Virus record (IMG/VR): IMGVR_UViG_3300020403_000080
Location: 1-25,405 of that record
DNA: 25,405 bases
From: a virus
Lineage: Duplodnaviria; Caudoviricetes
Reading direction: 5' to 3' (one strand)
Part shown: one piece after another, positions 10,301 through 17,696 of the stretch
Layout of the letters: every line of letters begins with the position of its first letter
Position numbering within the stretch: position 1 is the first letter of the stretch
The notes under the pieces: model-generated
The model's database searches: none
What the model saw: only the letters and a program-made list of their open reading frames with translations
What the model was told of the DNA's origin: nothing
Position numbers and translations under genes: made by a program

Positions 10301-13300
10301 GATGGACTTGATAGATTAAAGAATGGATTTATTGTAGATAATTTTTCTGGTCATATAGTAGGTGACTTTATAAATCCAGATTATAAAAATTCTATAGACA
10401 TGAAGAAAAGAGAATTAAGGTCTAAGGGATTTAGTGATAATGTTGGTATGATAGAATCAGTAACAACTAATGCTGCTAGAACTTCTTCAAATTATAAAGT
10501 ACATGATAATGGTATTATAACATTACCATATACAGAGGTATCTCATATAGAACAACCATATGCATCAGATAGTTTTGATGTAAATCCATATAAGGTTGCT
10601 CCTTTTAATGGTAAAGTTATTCTTGTACCATATTCTGATGATTGGAATGATGTAACAAGAAGGCCCGATATTGTTGTAAATGATGATAGTAATTTTGATG
10701 CGATTAAAGAAATTGCAGATGAAACAGGTGTTACTGGTGTTGTATGGGAAAGTTGGCAAGATAATTGGTTTGGTTCTCCTGTATCTACTGGAACTGAAAC
10801 TTTAGGATCTTTCCAATCTTCTACAGTTGCTGATGTAACTGGTGGAACACTTACTACTACTACAGAAACAACTCAAACTAGAGAAGTATTTTCACAAACT
10901 GTAGGACAAGTTCGTTCTGGTATAGAAACAACATTAACATCTACAGTTGAAAGTCATAATATGGGGGATAGAATTGTAGGTATTTCAATGATACCTTATA
11001 TGCGTTCTAGACCAGTAAGTATTTCAATTCAAAACATGAAACCTAATGCAAGATTGTATGGTTTCTTTGATAATGAAGATGTTACTTCTTTTATAAAACA
11101 AGCAGATACATTTAATTTAACAGGAACAAATATTGAGTTAAGTCCAAATCAATTAGAAACACCTGGCGCAGCTGCAGCTACTGACTCTGGAAGAATTTGG
11201 GATGGTGATACTGATGCAGTACAAGCTTTTGGTTATGGTGATATTATTAGAAACTCTACACATACTGCAACATCTATTACTGGTATTACCTTTACATCTG
11301 CTGATCCTTTTTCTGCAAATGTTACATTAAATGATGTAAGTGGTATTTCTCCAGGCCATCATGTTCAATTAAGTGGTATTGGTGGTGCTACAGAATTAAA
11401 TTTTTCTGTTTCAAGAAAAAATAACTATGTTGTAACTGCTGTATCTAGTAATACTATCACTATTCAATCTATAGGTGGTTCAAGTGTAAAGTTAGGTAAT
11501 GGTTCTAGTAGTTCTGGTATATCTTCATATAGTAGTGGTGGAAGCTGTCAAAGACTTCAGGCGTCTGGTCATATTGCAACTCAAGGGCCTGGAACATCAA
11601 CTGCAAGAGATGTTTTTGTAACAAATATTCTTGGTGGATTTGCGCCAGGTGAAATTGTTAATGGAACTATTGCAAAAATTTCTGATGGTACAGTTAATAC
11701 CACAATGACAATTGCATCAATTAATGGTGCAGCTGCAGGCACTGCTCCTACAATGAAAACAAATGCAAGTAGTATGATTACTAATGCAAATGGTCAATTC
11801 TGTGGTGTTTTCTATATTCCAAACACAGAAGATATAAGATTTAGAACTGGTGAACGTGTACTAAGATTAATTGATAATCTTAATAATAAAGTTGAGATAG
11901 GTCTTTATTCAACTAAAGGTGAACAGACATATTATGCAACTGGTATTGCAGAAGAAAGAGAACAAACTATTCTCAATATCAGAAAAGCACAATTTCAAAG
12001 AGATTATAAAGAAGAAGAAAGAGAAGTTAGTAGGACAGTACTTGGTGCAGTTCAAACAAGTACTAGACCAATTGCATCTGCATTTGTTGCTGATCCGCCT
12101 CCACCACCACCACCTCCTCCACAACTACATGATCCTCTTGCACAAACTTTCTTAATGGAAGGTGAAGAAGGTGGATTTATAACTAGTGTTGATTTATGGT
12201 TTAGTTATGTTGGAACAAGACCAGTAACAGTTCAAATATGTGATACTATAGATGGTGGATTTCCATCTAATAAATTCATGACAGAAGTAACATTAGAACC
12301 AGATCAAATTAATGCTTCAGTTGATGCGTCAGTTCCAACTCGATTTACTTTTCCATCACCTGTATATTTGAAAGATGATTTGTATTACGCAATCTTAATT
12401 AAGGTTGATGAGCCTGGAACAAGAGTTTTCTTTGCTGAATTAGGTGAAGATAACTTAACTGACAATAGAACAATATCTACCAATCCAAATAGTGGAACAT
12501 TATTCTTATCACAAAATGGTCAAGCATGGACACCACATCAGACTCGTGATGTCAAGTTTACTTTATATCGTGCTGATTTTGCAACATCAGCTGCTGGAAC
12601 TCCAACTTTTATTAATAGTACAATACCAGCAGATACTTTAGAAGAAAATCCATTTCAAACTAATACTGGAACAGATAAGGTTAGAGTTCATCATAAAAAT
12701 CATGGAATGAAGGCAGGAGATAAAGTTAAAATATCAAATGTTACTGATGGATTTTATGGTGCAGACTCAACAAGTAATGGTATACTTGCTGATGGATTAA
12801 ATACAACACATGATATTGTAAGTGCAGATAATGATAGTTATATAATTACTATACAAAATACAAACACTAATATTGCTGGTGGAAATACAACATTAAAACC
12901 TACTTTTAGTGGGGGTACTGGTGTTACTGCAACAAGAAATCTTGCTGCTGATATTGTTCAACTTGCAGTATCAGAAATAAAAGTGCCAGGTACAAATATT
13001 ACATATTCATGGACAGGAATGGATACAGGATATAATAAACAAATAGCAAGAGCAATAACAGAAAATAGAAGTTATTATCCAGCGAATAGACAGATTGTTG
13101 CATCAGAGGTAAACCAAGATGCTCAATTAAGTGGTGGTAGAACTAATAATGCAATATCTGGAACTTCTGCAAATGTTAGTGCAATAATGACTTCAACTAG
13201 TTCATTTTTAACACCTGTATTAGATAGTGAAAGAATATCATTATGTTTAACATCTAATAAAATTTCTAATTATACTAGGTCAACATTTAATGATACTGAC

Positions 13301-13939
13301 TTAGATGATAGAGCTCTAAGTGCATCAACTGCTATTACTATGGATGCTACTGGTACAATATCTGTTGGTTCATCTGGTACTATTAGAGATGAAATTAAAA
13401 CTTTGGACATAGGTAAAGAAATAACCATATCTGGTGGTAATAATAATGGCAATACCTTTACTGTTACTAGTGTTGCAGATGATGGTTCTTCATTTAATGT
13501 TTCTCCTGCTACTACGGCAGATTCTTCTAGTACATCTACTACTATTACTCAACACGAAAGATATCTTGATGGTATTGCACCAACTGGAACATCAAATGCA
13601 TCTAACTATATGACAAAGAGATTTAGTTTGGCAAATCCATCAACTGCATTAAAAGTATTATTTGATGCAAATAGACCAAGCCCATCAACAATAAATGTAT
13701 ACTATAAGATTGTTGAAGAAGGTGATACAAGAGATTTTGATAAGATACCTTATAGACTTGCAACAATTGATAGTGGTGATTCACCAGATGATAATGAAAA
13801 CTCATTTAAAGAAAGAGAATATACAATTAATAATCTAAACTCTTTTTCATCTGCATCTGTTAAAATAGAAATGAAATCAACAAATACAGTACAAGTACCA
13901 AGAATTAAAAACCTAAGAATATTAGCATTGGCGGTATAA
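7370..13939 (+). CDS. Large virion structural protein, VrlC-like / DUF4815 family
   Basis: N-terminus NFNVKPYYDDY..FHRVLFRP..VQARELTQLQTILQNQI; LARRTFDESGNY; RRYTMRDIGKL..LEYYTSL; DRLKNGFIVDNF; DPLAQTF; C-terminal VPRIKNLRILALAV. Position after gp8 is typical of marine T4-likes. Confidence 0.85.
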   Translation: MATNFNVKPYYDDYDSSKNFHRVLFRPAYSVQARELTQLQTILQNQITKFGNHIFQNGSMVIPGDINFDLKYDYIKVNSAYNTLEVETYRTSFLNKIITGGTTGVKAKVIGTVAATSSTSTTSADPLTLYIKYEDSGTNNETLKFSASEVVTSLNADNTKVKNPSLTEDQTTELNATIQSTDTPVGTGSAVLVHAGVYFINGHFVSNTEQVILLDKYTNLPSYRIGFNVAESFTTPEEDTSLLDNATGSSNVNAPGAHRFKIALTLVKKAITSTDDTNFVELGRINGGKIESYKKNADYSELQHTLARRTFDESGNYEVRPFLTEVREHLKEGSNRGIYPLADGGNTNKLVFAVEPGKAYVDGYEIETMTTQFIKADKPRTFDRVEDRTIQTPIGNYVLITNIDGSPNISTFETLNLRDQTIGDTSGNTVIGTARVRFFILHDGSYGSNPTFKLGLFDIKMNDGKDFARDVKSINDHANIGGGDFEADIKPTFVAISGVGTGTNSATGVEGTQGSVFQLQLKAKDRLIAKIGGVETDVGRISSTTDNDSLVLSANASASFTNATIGRFSSQIFRPDQKLLVFPTNYRRVRKVRGNTVSAPDSALSTSYSIRRRFAAVQVSSNKATFSTGSATELFRNGANVNDFTAVVTTQGSGSSNNVGDIIPLTSSDIDVATNSQSVEILNQTNGDFLQLIATVDLSGSSAQEKIKTLVTGASHTVSTPAAAQNTEIKLGKSDGLRLTSVKMAADFQPSTTPTSSDPDITSRFTFDGGQRDAFYDLARINLKPGQPAPTGRLLITFDHFTHSAGDYFSVDSYPTLDYEDIPSYTSTQGKGKRLELRNCLDFRPTIDNTGANFTGTGSSASELPKFGTNVEADFSYYLGRRDLVFVDRLGRFDVLQGVPSTNPEKPQEPENGMVLFEVSYEPYVVDLKEVTHKKLDNRRYTMRDIGKLNKRLSNLEYYTSLNLLEKETADLAIKDSDGLDRLKNGFIVDNFSGHIVGDFINPDYKNSIDMKKRELRSKGFSDNVGMIESVTTNAARTSSNYKVHDNGIITLPYTEVSHIEQPYASDSFDVNPYKVAPFNGKVILVPYSDDWNDVTRRPDIVVNDDSNFDAIKEIADETGVTGVVWESWQDNWFGSPVSTGTETLGSFQSSTVADVTGGTLTTTTETTQTREVFSQTVGQVRSGIETTLTSTVESHNMGDRIVGISMIPYMRSRPVSISIQNMKPNARLYGFFDNEDVTSFIKQADTFNLTGTNIELSPNQLETPGAAAATDSGRIWDGDTDAVQAFGYGDIIRNSTHTATSITGITFTSADPFSANVTLNDVSGISPGHHVQLSGIGGATELNFSVSRKNNYVVTAVSSNTITIQSIGGSSVKLGNGSSSSGISSYSSGGSCQRLQASGHIATQGPGTSTARDVFVTNILGGFAPGEIVNGTIAKISDGTVNTTMTIASINGAAAGTAPTMKTNASSMITNANGQFCGVFYIPNTEDIRFRTGERVLRLIDNLNNKVEIGLYSTKGEQTYYATGIAEEREQTILNIRKAQFQRDYKEEEREVSRTVLGAVQTSTRPIASAFVADPPPPPPPPPQLHDPLAQTFLMEGEEGGFITSVDLWFSYVGTRPVTVQICDTIDGGFPSNKFMTEVTLEPDQINASVDASVPTRFTFPSPVYLKDDLYYAILIKVDEPGTRVFFAELGEDNLTDNRTISTNPNSGTLFLSQNGQAWTPHQTRDVKFTLYRADFATSAAGTPTFINSTIPADTLEENPFQTNTGTDKVRVHHKNHGMKAGDKVKISNVTDGFYGADSTSNGILADGLNTTHDIVSADNDSYIITIQNTNTNIAGGNTTLKPTFSGGTGVTATRNLAADIVQLAVSEIKVPGTNITYSWTGMDTGYNKQIARAITENRSYYPANRQIVASEVNQDAQLSGGRTNNAISGTSANVSAIMTSTSSFLTPVLDSERISLCLTSNKISNYTRSTFNDTDLDDRALSASTAITMDATGTISVGSSGTIRDEIKTLDIGKEITISGGNNNGNTFTVTSVADDGSSFNVSPATTADSSSTSTTITQHERYLDGIAPTGTSNASNYMTKRFSLANPSTALKVLFDANRPSPSTINVYYKIVEEGDTRDFDKIPYRLATIDSGDSPDDNENSFKEREYTINNLNSFSSASVKIEMKSTNTVQVPRIKNLRILALAV
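12095..12121 (+). repeat. Poly-proline (P9) codon tract in the VrlC-like gene
   Basis: CCG CCT CCA CCA CCA CCA CCT CCT CCA, just before QLHDPLAQTF. Confidence 0.9.
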
Positions 13940-13940
13940 A

Positions 13941-14165
13941 ATGGATAGAATAAAAGTAGAAGGATATAAAGAACTTGTAAGAGAAACATCTAGTGGTGCA
14001 ATCATTAATACAAGTCGTTCTTCATATCATTCGTACATGGAAACTATGAAGAAAAAGAAAATGGAAAAAGATCAATTGAGAGATGCAGTGAGAGAAATTA
14101 ATACATTAAAAAGTGAAATGCATGAAATTAAATCTCTCATACTAAAATTAGTGGATAAAGAATAA
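13941..14165 (+). CDS. Small hypothetical protein with C-terminal coiled coil
   Basis: KVEGYKELVRETSSGAIINT..EINTLKSEMHEIKSLILKLV resembles the small gene that follows VrlC in marine T4-likes. Stop overlaps the next start (TAATG). Confidence 0.8.
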   Translation: MDRIKVEGYKELVRETSSGAIINTSRSSYHSYMETMKKKKMEKDQLRDAVREINTLKSEMHEIKSLILKLVDKE

Positions 14166-14545
14166 TGGCAAATCGTAACGCACCAGCATCATTTACATTT
14201 GAACAATGGAGAGTAGAGTTTAATGAACTTGGAGCAGATGTAGGAGATATTAATAATCTCCCTTCAGCTCTTGGTACAGATGTTATAGGAGCATTGACAA
14301 CTCTTAATTCTGGAATTAATGTTTCTGATGGAACAACTACACAAGCACTTCAGCCTGGAAACACTTTAACAGTAAATGGAACTGCAAATGAAATAGAAAC
14401 AACTGTTTCTGCAACTGATACTTTAACAATAGGACTTCCTAATAATGTTACGATAAGTGGTGATTTAACAGTAAATGGAAACCTAAGTGGTGCTTCAATC
14501 GCAGATCAGGGGTTTGCAATTGCAATGTCTATTGCACTTAGTTAG
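14165..14545 (+). CDS. Short fibre/connector protein with virion-anchor-like N-terminus and C-terminal AIAMSIAL motif
   Basis: MANRNAPASFTFEQWRVEFNELGADVGD resembles T4-like fibre N-termini. LTVNGTANEIETTVSATDTLTIGLPNNVTI fibre repeat. Ends GFAIAMSIALS. Confidence 0.75.
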   Translation: MANRNAPASFTFEQWRVEFNELGADVGDINNLPSALGTDVIGALTTLNSGINVSDGTTTQALQPGNTLTVNGTANEIETTVSATDTLTIGLPNNVTISGDLTVNGNLSGASIADQGFAIAMSIALS

Positions 14546-14549
14546 TGAA

Positions 14550-14557
14550 TATAAATA
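14550..14557 (+). promoter_or_regulatory. T4-type late promoter
   Basis: Exact intergenic TATAAATA upstream of ATG 14579, followed by SD AAGGA. Confidence 0.85.
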
Positions 14558-14578
14558 GGATAAAAGGAACAGAAAACA

Positions 14579-14926
14579 ATGGCAAATAATTTTAAAAATG
14601 CTTTTGCAACAAATGTAAGTATGAATAGTGCATCACCTACTGATGTGTACACATCAGCCACAGGTGGTAGTGGTGTTAATTCTATTTTAATAGAACTTGA
14701 CATTGCTAATACAGGTAATAGTGCAGTTAGTGTTACAGTTCTCATAAGAGATAATTCAACGACAACTTCATATCATGTTATAAAAGGCGCACCAGTACCA
14801 GTAGGATCAACATTGAAAGTTGTTTCTGGACAAAAGATAGTTTTAAACGCAGACGATAAAGTACAAGTTTATGCAACAGCTAGTACAGTAGATGTAGTTG
14901 CATCAATTCTAGAGGGTGTTACATAA
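14579..14926 (+). CDS. Small beta-rich structural protein (MANxFKN family), paralogue of 16394
   Basis: MANNFKNA..DVYT..NSILIELDIAN..VPVGSTLKVVSGQKIVLNADDKVQV..VDVVASILEGVT. Confidence 0.8.
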   Translation: MANNFKNAFATNVSMNSASPTDVYTSATGGSGVNSILIELDIANTGNSAVSVTVLIRDNSTTTSYHVIKGAPVPVGSTLKVVSGQKIVLNADDKVQVYATASTVDVVASILEGVT

Positions 14927-15726
14927 TGTCAGATAGTTACATTGGAGTTCCATTTGTAAATAGAGTTTCACCAAACTTTTTAAAGGAAGATTTTGATGGA
15001 TCAAATCTTTCTACAATAAATGGTCATACAAACTCTTATGAATTAAGTGCTGAAGTTCCTGGCGCTAATGCAGAAAATCTTATGGTTGTAATAGACAATG
15101 TAATTCAACAACCAGATGTTGCATATATTATTAGAGAAAATGCTTCCAATCAACCAAAGATATTAAATTTTCAAGGTACTCTTCCATCTACTGCATCAAT
15201 TTATGTTGTTCATAGAGGAATAGGTGGATTTTCAATGAAACCACCAACTGGTTCTGTAGGTGCAGATGAACTTGCAACAAATTTAACATCTTTTACTACA
15301 GATGTATTTACAGGTAATGGTTCAGCAACCCAGTATACTTTATCAGAAACACCACCCAATGCAAATTCACTTTTAGTTTTTGTAGATGGAATTTTACAAA
15401 AACTAACAAATAACTTTACTGTTAATGCAAACACGTTAACATTCACTGACGCTCCAGATACTGGAGCAGAAATAGAAGTTAAACATCTTGCAGTTCGTTC
15501 AATTATTCGTAGAGCACCAGATTTTCAATTAGATACATTTACTGGAGATGGAAGTGATACAACTTTTACATTAGCAAATTCTGGAGTTCCTACAAACAGT
15601 GCATTTGTTTTTGTAAATGGAAGTGCAATGAAACCAACCACAGATTATGTAATTAGTGGTAATGTATTAACCTTTACTTCTGCACCAGCTAATAGTGCAG
15701 TAATATTAGTAAGATATCAAATATAG
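14926..15726 (+). CDS. Fibre/baseplate-associated protein with three ~75-aa FTGxG repeat domains
   Basis: Repeats F[DT]GxG..[FY]xL..xxVxV[DN]G..Q/K....Y.[IV]..N.LTFT.AP....I.V. N-terminus SYIGVP. TAATG coupling to the upstream gene. Confidence 0.8.
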   Translation: MSDSYIGVPFVNRVSPNFLKEDFDGSNLSTINGHTNSYELSAEVPGANAENLMVVIDNVIQQPDVAYIIRENASNQPKILNFQGTLPSTASIYVVHRGIGGFSMKPPTGSVGADELATNLTSFTTDVFTGNGSATQYTLSETPPNANSLLVFVDGILQKLTNNFTVNANTLTFTDAPDTGAEIEVKHLAVRSIIRRAPDFQLDTFTGDGSDTTFTLANSGVPTNSAFVFVNGSAMKPTTDYVISGNVLTFTSAPANSAVILVRYQI

Positions 15727-15740
15727 TGAGGTAAAATTTA

Positions 15741-16379
15741 ATGTCATATATCGGAACACAACCTTCCTATGGTGCATTTGAAAAACAGTTTTATACTGGT
15801 AATGGTACTAATACATTATTTAATTTAGACCACGTAGTAAATAATGCTGGTTCATTGTTGGTTAGTGTAAATGGTGTTATATTAGAACCAGATGTGGGTT
15901 ATACAGTAAATGCTGTCGGTGGATCTTCTAATATTACTTTTACAACTGCGCCAGGAAATGGTCATAGAATTTTCATTGTTTACATGGGTAAACAACTTTT
16001 AAGTACTCCAGAGATAACTCCTCATATAGATGAATTTAGTGGTGATGGATCAACTACCGCTTTTACTTTAACCAAAACATCAATAGGAGCACCATCTGCA
16101 AGTAGATTTTTAGTATTTGTAGATAATGTATATCAAAGATATGGATCTTCATACGCATATACAGTGAGTGGCAATACAATAACATTTACTGGAGCTCCAT
16201 CAGTTGGAACGAATAATATTCAAGTATTACAACTTGATGTTGCTATGACAAGTGTAATAAATACAGTTGCAGATGGATCAATCACATCAGTAAAAATTGC
16301 TGATGGAACTGTTACAAAAACAGACCTTGCATTTGATCCAGATGATGAAGCTGCAGCTTTAGCAATTGCGTTAGGATAA
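15741..16379 (+). CDS. Fibre-associated protein with two FTGxG domains, short ADGxVT repeats and C-terminal AIALG
   Basis: MSYIGTQP..FYTGNGTNTLFNL..LLVSVNGVILEP..; FSGDGSTTAFTL..FLVFVDNVYQ..; ends AAALAIALG. SD GAGG. Confidence 0.8.
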   Translation: MSYIGTQPSYGAFEKQFYTGNGTNTLFNLDHVVNNAGSLLVSVNGVILEPDVGYTVNAVGGSSNITFTTAPGNGHRIFIVYMGKQLLSTPEITPHIDEFSGDGSTTAFTLTKTSIGAPSASRFLVFVDNVYQRYGSSYAYTVSGNTITFTGAPSVGTNNIQVLQLDVAMTSVINTVADGSITSVKIADGTVTKTDLAFDPDDEAAALAIALG

Positions 16380-16393
16380 AATAGGAAAATAAA

Positions 16394-16747
16394 ATGGCAA
16401 ACACATTTAAAAATGCAATAAAAAAAGATGTAACTACTACAAGTAGTAATTATGATGAGTTGTATACAGCACCAAGTAGTGCTGGTAATACTGCAATTAT
16501 TCTTGGTCTTGCTCTTGCAAACAAAACAACATCTGCTGTTACAGTAAAAGTTCAAATAGATGATATTTCTGATAGTAGTGCATCTGGTACAATACAACTT
16601 TTAGAAGATGTAAGTATTCCAGCAAATACCACGTTGGAAGTTTTGGGTGGACAAAAATATGTATTGGAAGCAGGGGATAAATTAAAGGTAAGAGCTGGAA
16701 CTGGAACTGCCATAGATGCATTTCTAGGAGTAATGGAGAGGACTTAG
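16394..16747 (+). CDS. Small beta-rich structural protein (MANxFKN family), paralogue of 14579
   Basis: MANTFKNA..ELYTAP..TAIILGLALAN..IPANTTLEVLGGQKYVLEAGDKLKV..IDAFLGVMERT. Confidence 0.8.
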   Translation: MANTFKNAIKKDVTTTSSNYDELYTAPSSAGNTAIILGLALANKTTSAVTVKVQIDDISDSSASGTIQLLEDVSIPANTTLEVLGGQKYVLEAGDKLKVRAGTGTAIDAFLGVMERT

Positions 16748-16750
16748 TAA

Positions 16751-17686
16751 ATGCCTATTTCAAAAATTAATACATTTGGTATTGCTGATAACGCAGTTAT
16801 ATCATCAAAGATTGCACAGGATGTTATTCTTGCAGAAGATATAGATGCAAATGCAGTTACAGTAAATGAACTTGCAAATAATGCTGTAACTTCTGCTAAA
16901 ATAGTAGATGGAACAATTATAACTACTGACCTTGCAAATGATGCTGTAGAAACAATTAATATAAAAGATTTAAATGTAACTACTGCTAAAATTGAAGATA
17001 ATGCTATAACTGTAGATAAAATTGCAAATAACGCTGTAACATTAGGAACTCATACTACTGGTAACTATATGTCAAATGTTACTGCTGGTTCTAGTAACAA
17101 TATTAATGTAACACATACGCAAGGAGAGGGATCTTCTGCAACTATAGAATTTAATCCACAAAGTAATTGTATTACTTTGGGAACTCATACTACAGGACAG
17201 TATGTAGGAAGTATATCTGTTAATAGTCCTTTAATTAGAAGTGGTAATCTAGGCCCAGCGAACGCAACTCCAACTTTATCTTTAGATTTAACAACTGATT
17301 ATAATTTTCAATCAGAGGTAAAGGCAAAATCGTATGTTGATGTTCATGCATCTGTTTCTTATACATCTGGTACAAATGATTTTAGTTTGAATGTAGGAGA
17401 TGCTAATAGTTTTAAAATTACTTTAGGACAAAATTCTGATATTATATTTAGTGCCGTTCCTACCTCTGCAACTGAAACAATGATATGGACAGTAACTATT
17501 GTGCAAGGATCTGGGCCTTATACAGTAACTTATCCAACTAATGTTCATTGGCCTGGTGGGATAAAACCAACTCTTTCATCTGCAAATGGAGCTATAGATC
17601 AATTTGTCTTTATGAAAACAGGTGGTTCTTCCAACATATATGGATTTACTGTAGGACAAGACATTAAAGCACCAGCGTCACCATAG
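16751..17686 (+). CDS. Fibre shaft protein with decapeptide repeats and C-terminal adaptor-like domain
   Basis: IADNAVISSK / LANNAVTSAK / IEDNAITVDK repeats, two LGTHTTGxY motifs, C-terminal SFKITL..WPGGIKPTLS..AIDQFVF..IYGF. Confidence 0.78.
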   Translation: MPISKINTFGIADNAVISSKIAQDVILAEDIDANAVTVNELANNAVTSAKIVDGTIITTDLANDAVETINIKDLNVTTAKIEDNAITVDKIANNAVTLGTHTTGNYMSNVTAGSSNNINVTHTQGEGSSATIEFNPQSNCITLGTHTTGQYVGSISVNSPLIRSGNLGPANATPTLSLDLTTDYNFQSEVKAKSYVDVHASVSYTSGTNDFSLNVGDANSFKITLGQNSDIIFSAVPTSATETMIWTVTIVQGSGPYTVTYPTNVHWPGGIKPTLSSANGAIDQFVFMKTGGSSNIYGFTVGQDIKAPASP

Positions 17687-17696
17687 GAGTAGTTCT

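Noticed and set aside
13935-13942. TATAAAAT as a late promoter
   Set aside because: It deviates from TATAAATA and overlaps the next start codon, leaving no room for a transcript leader.
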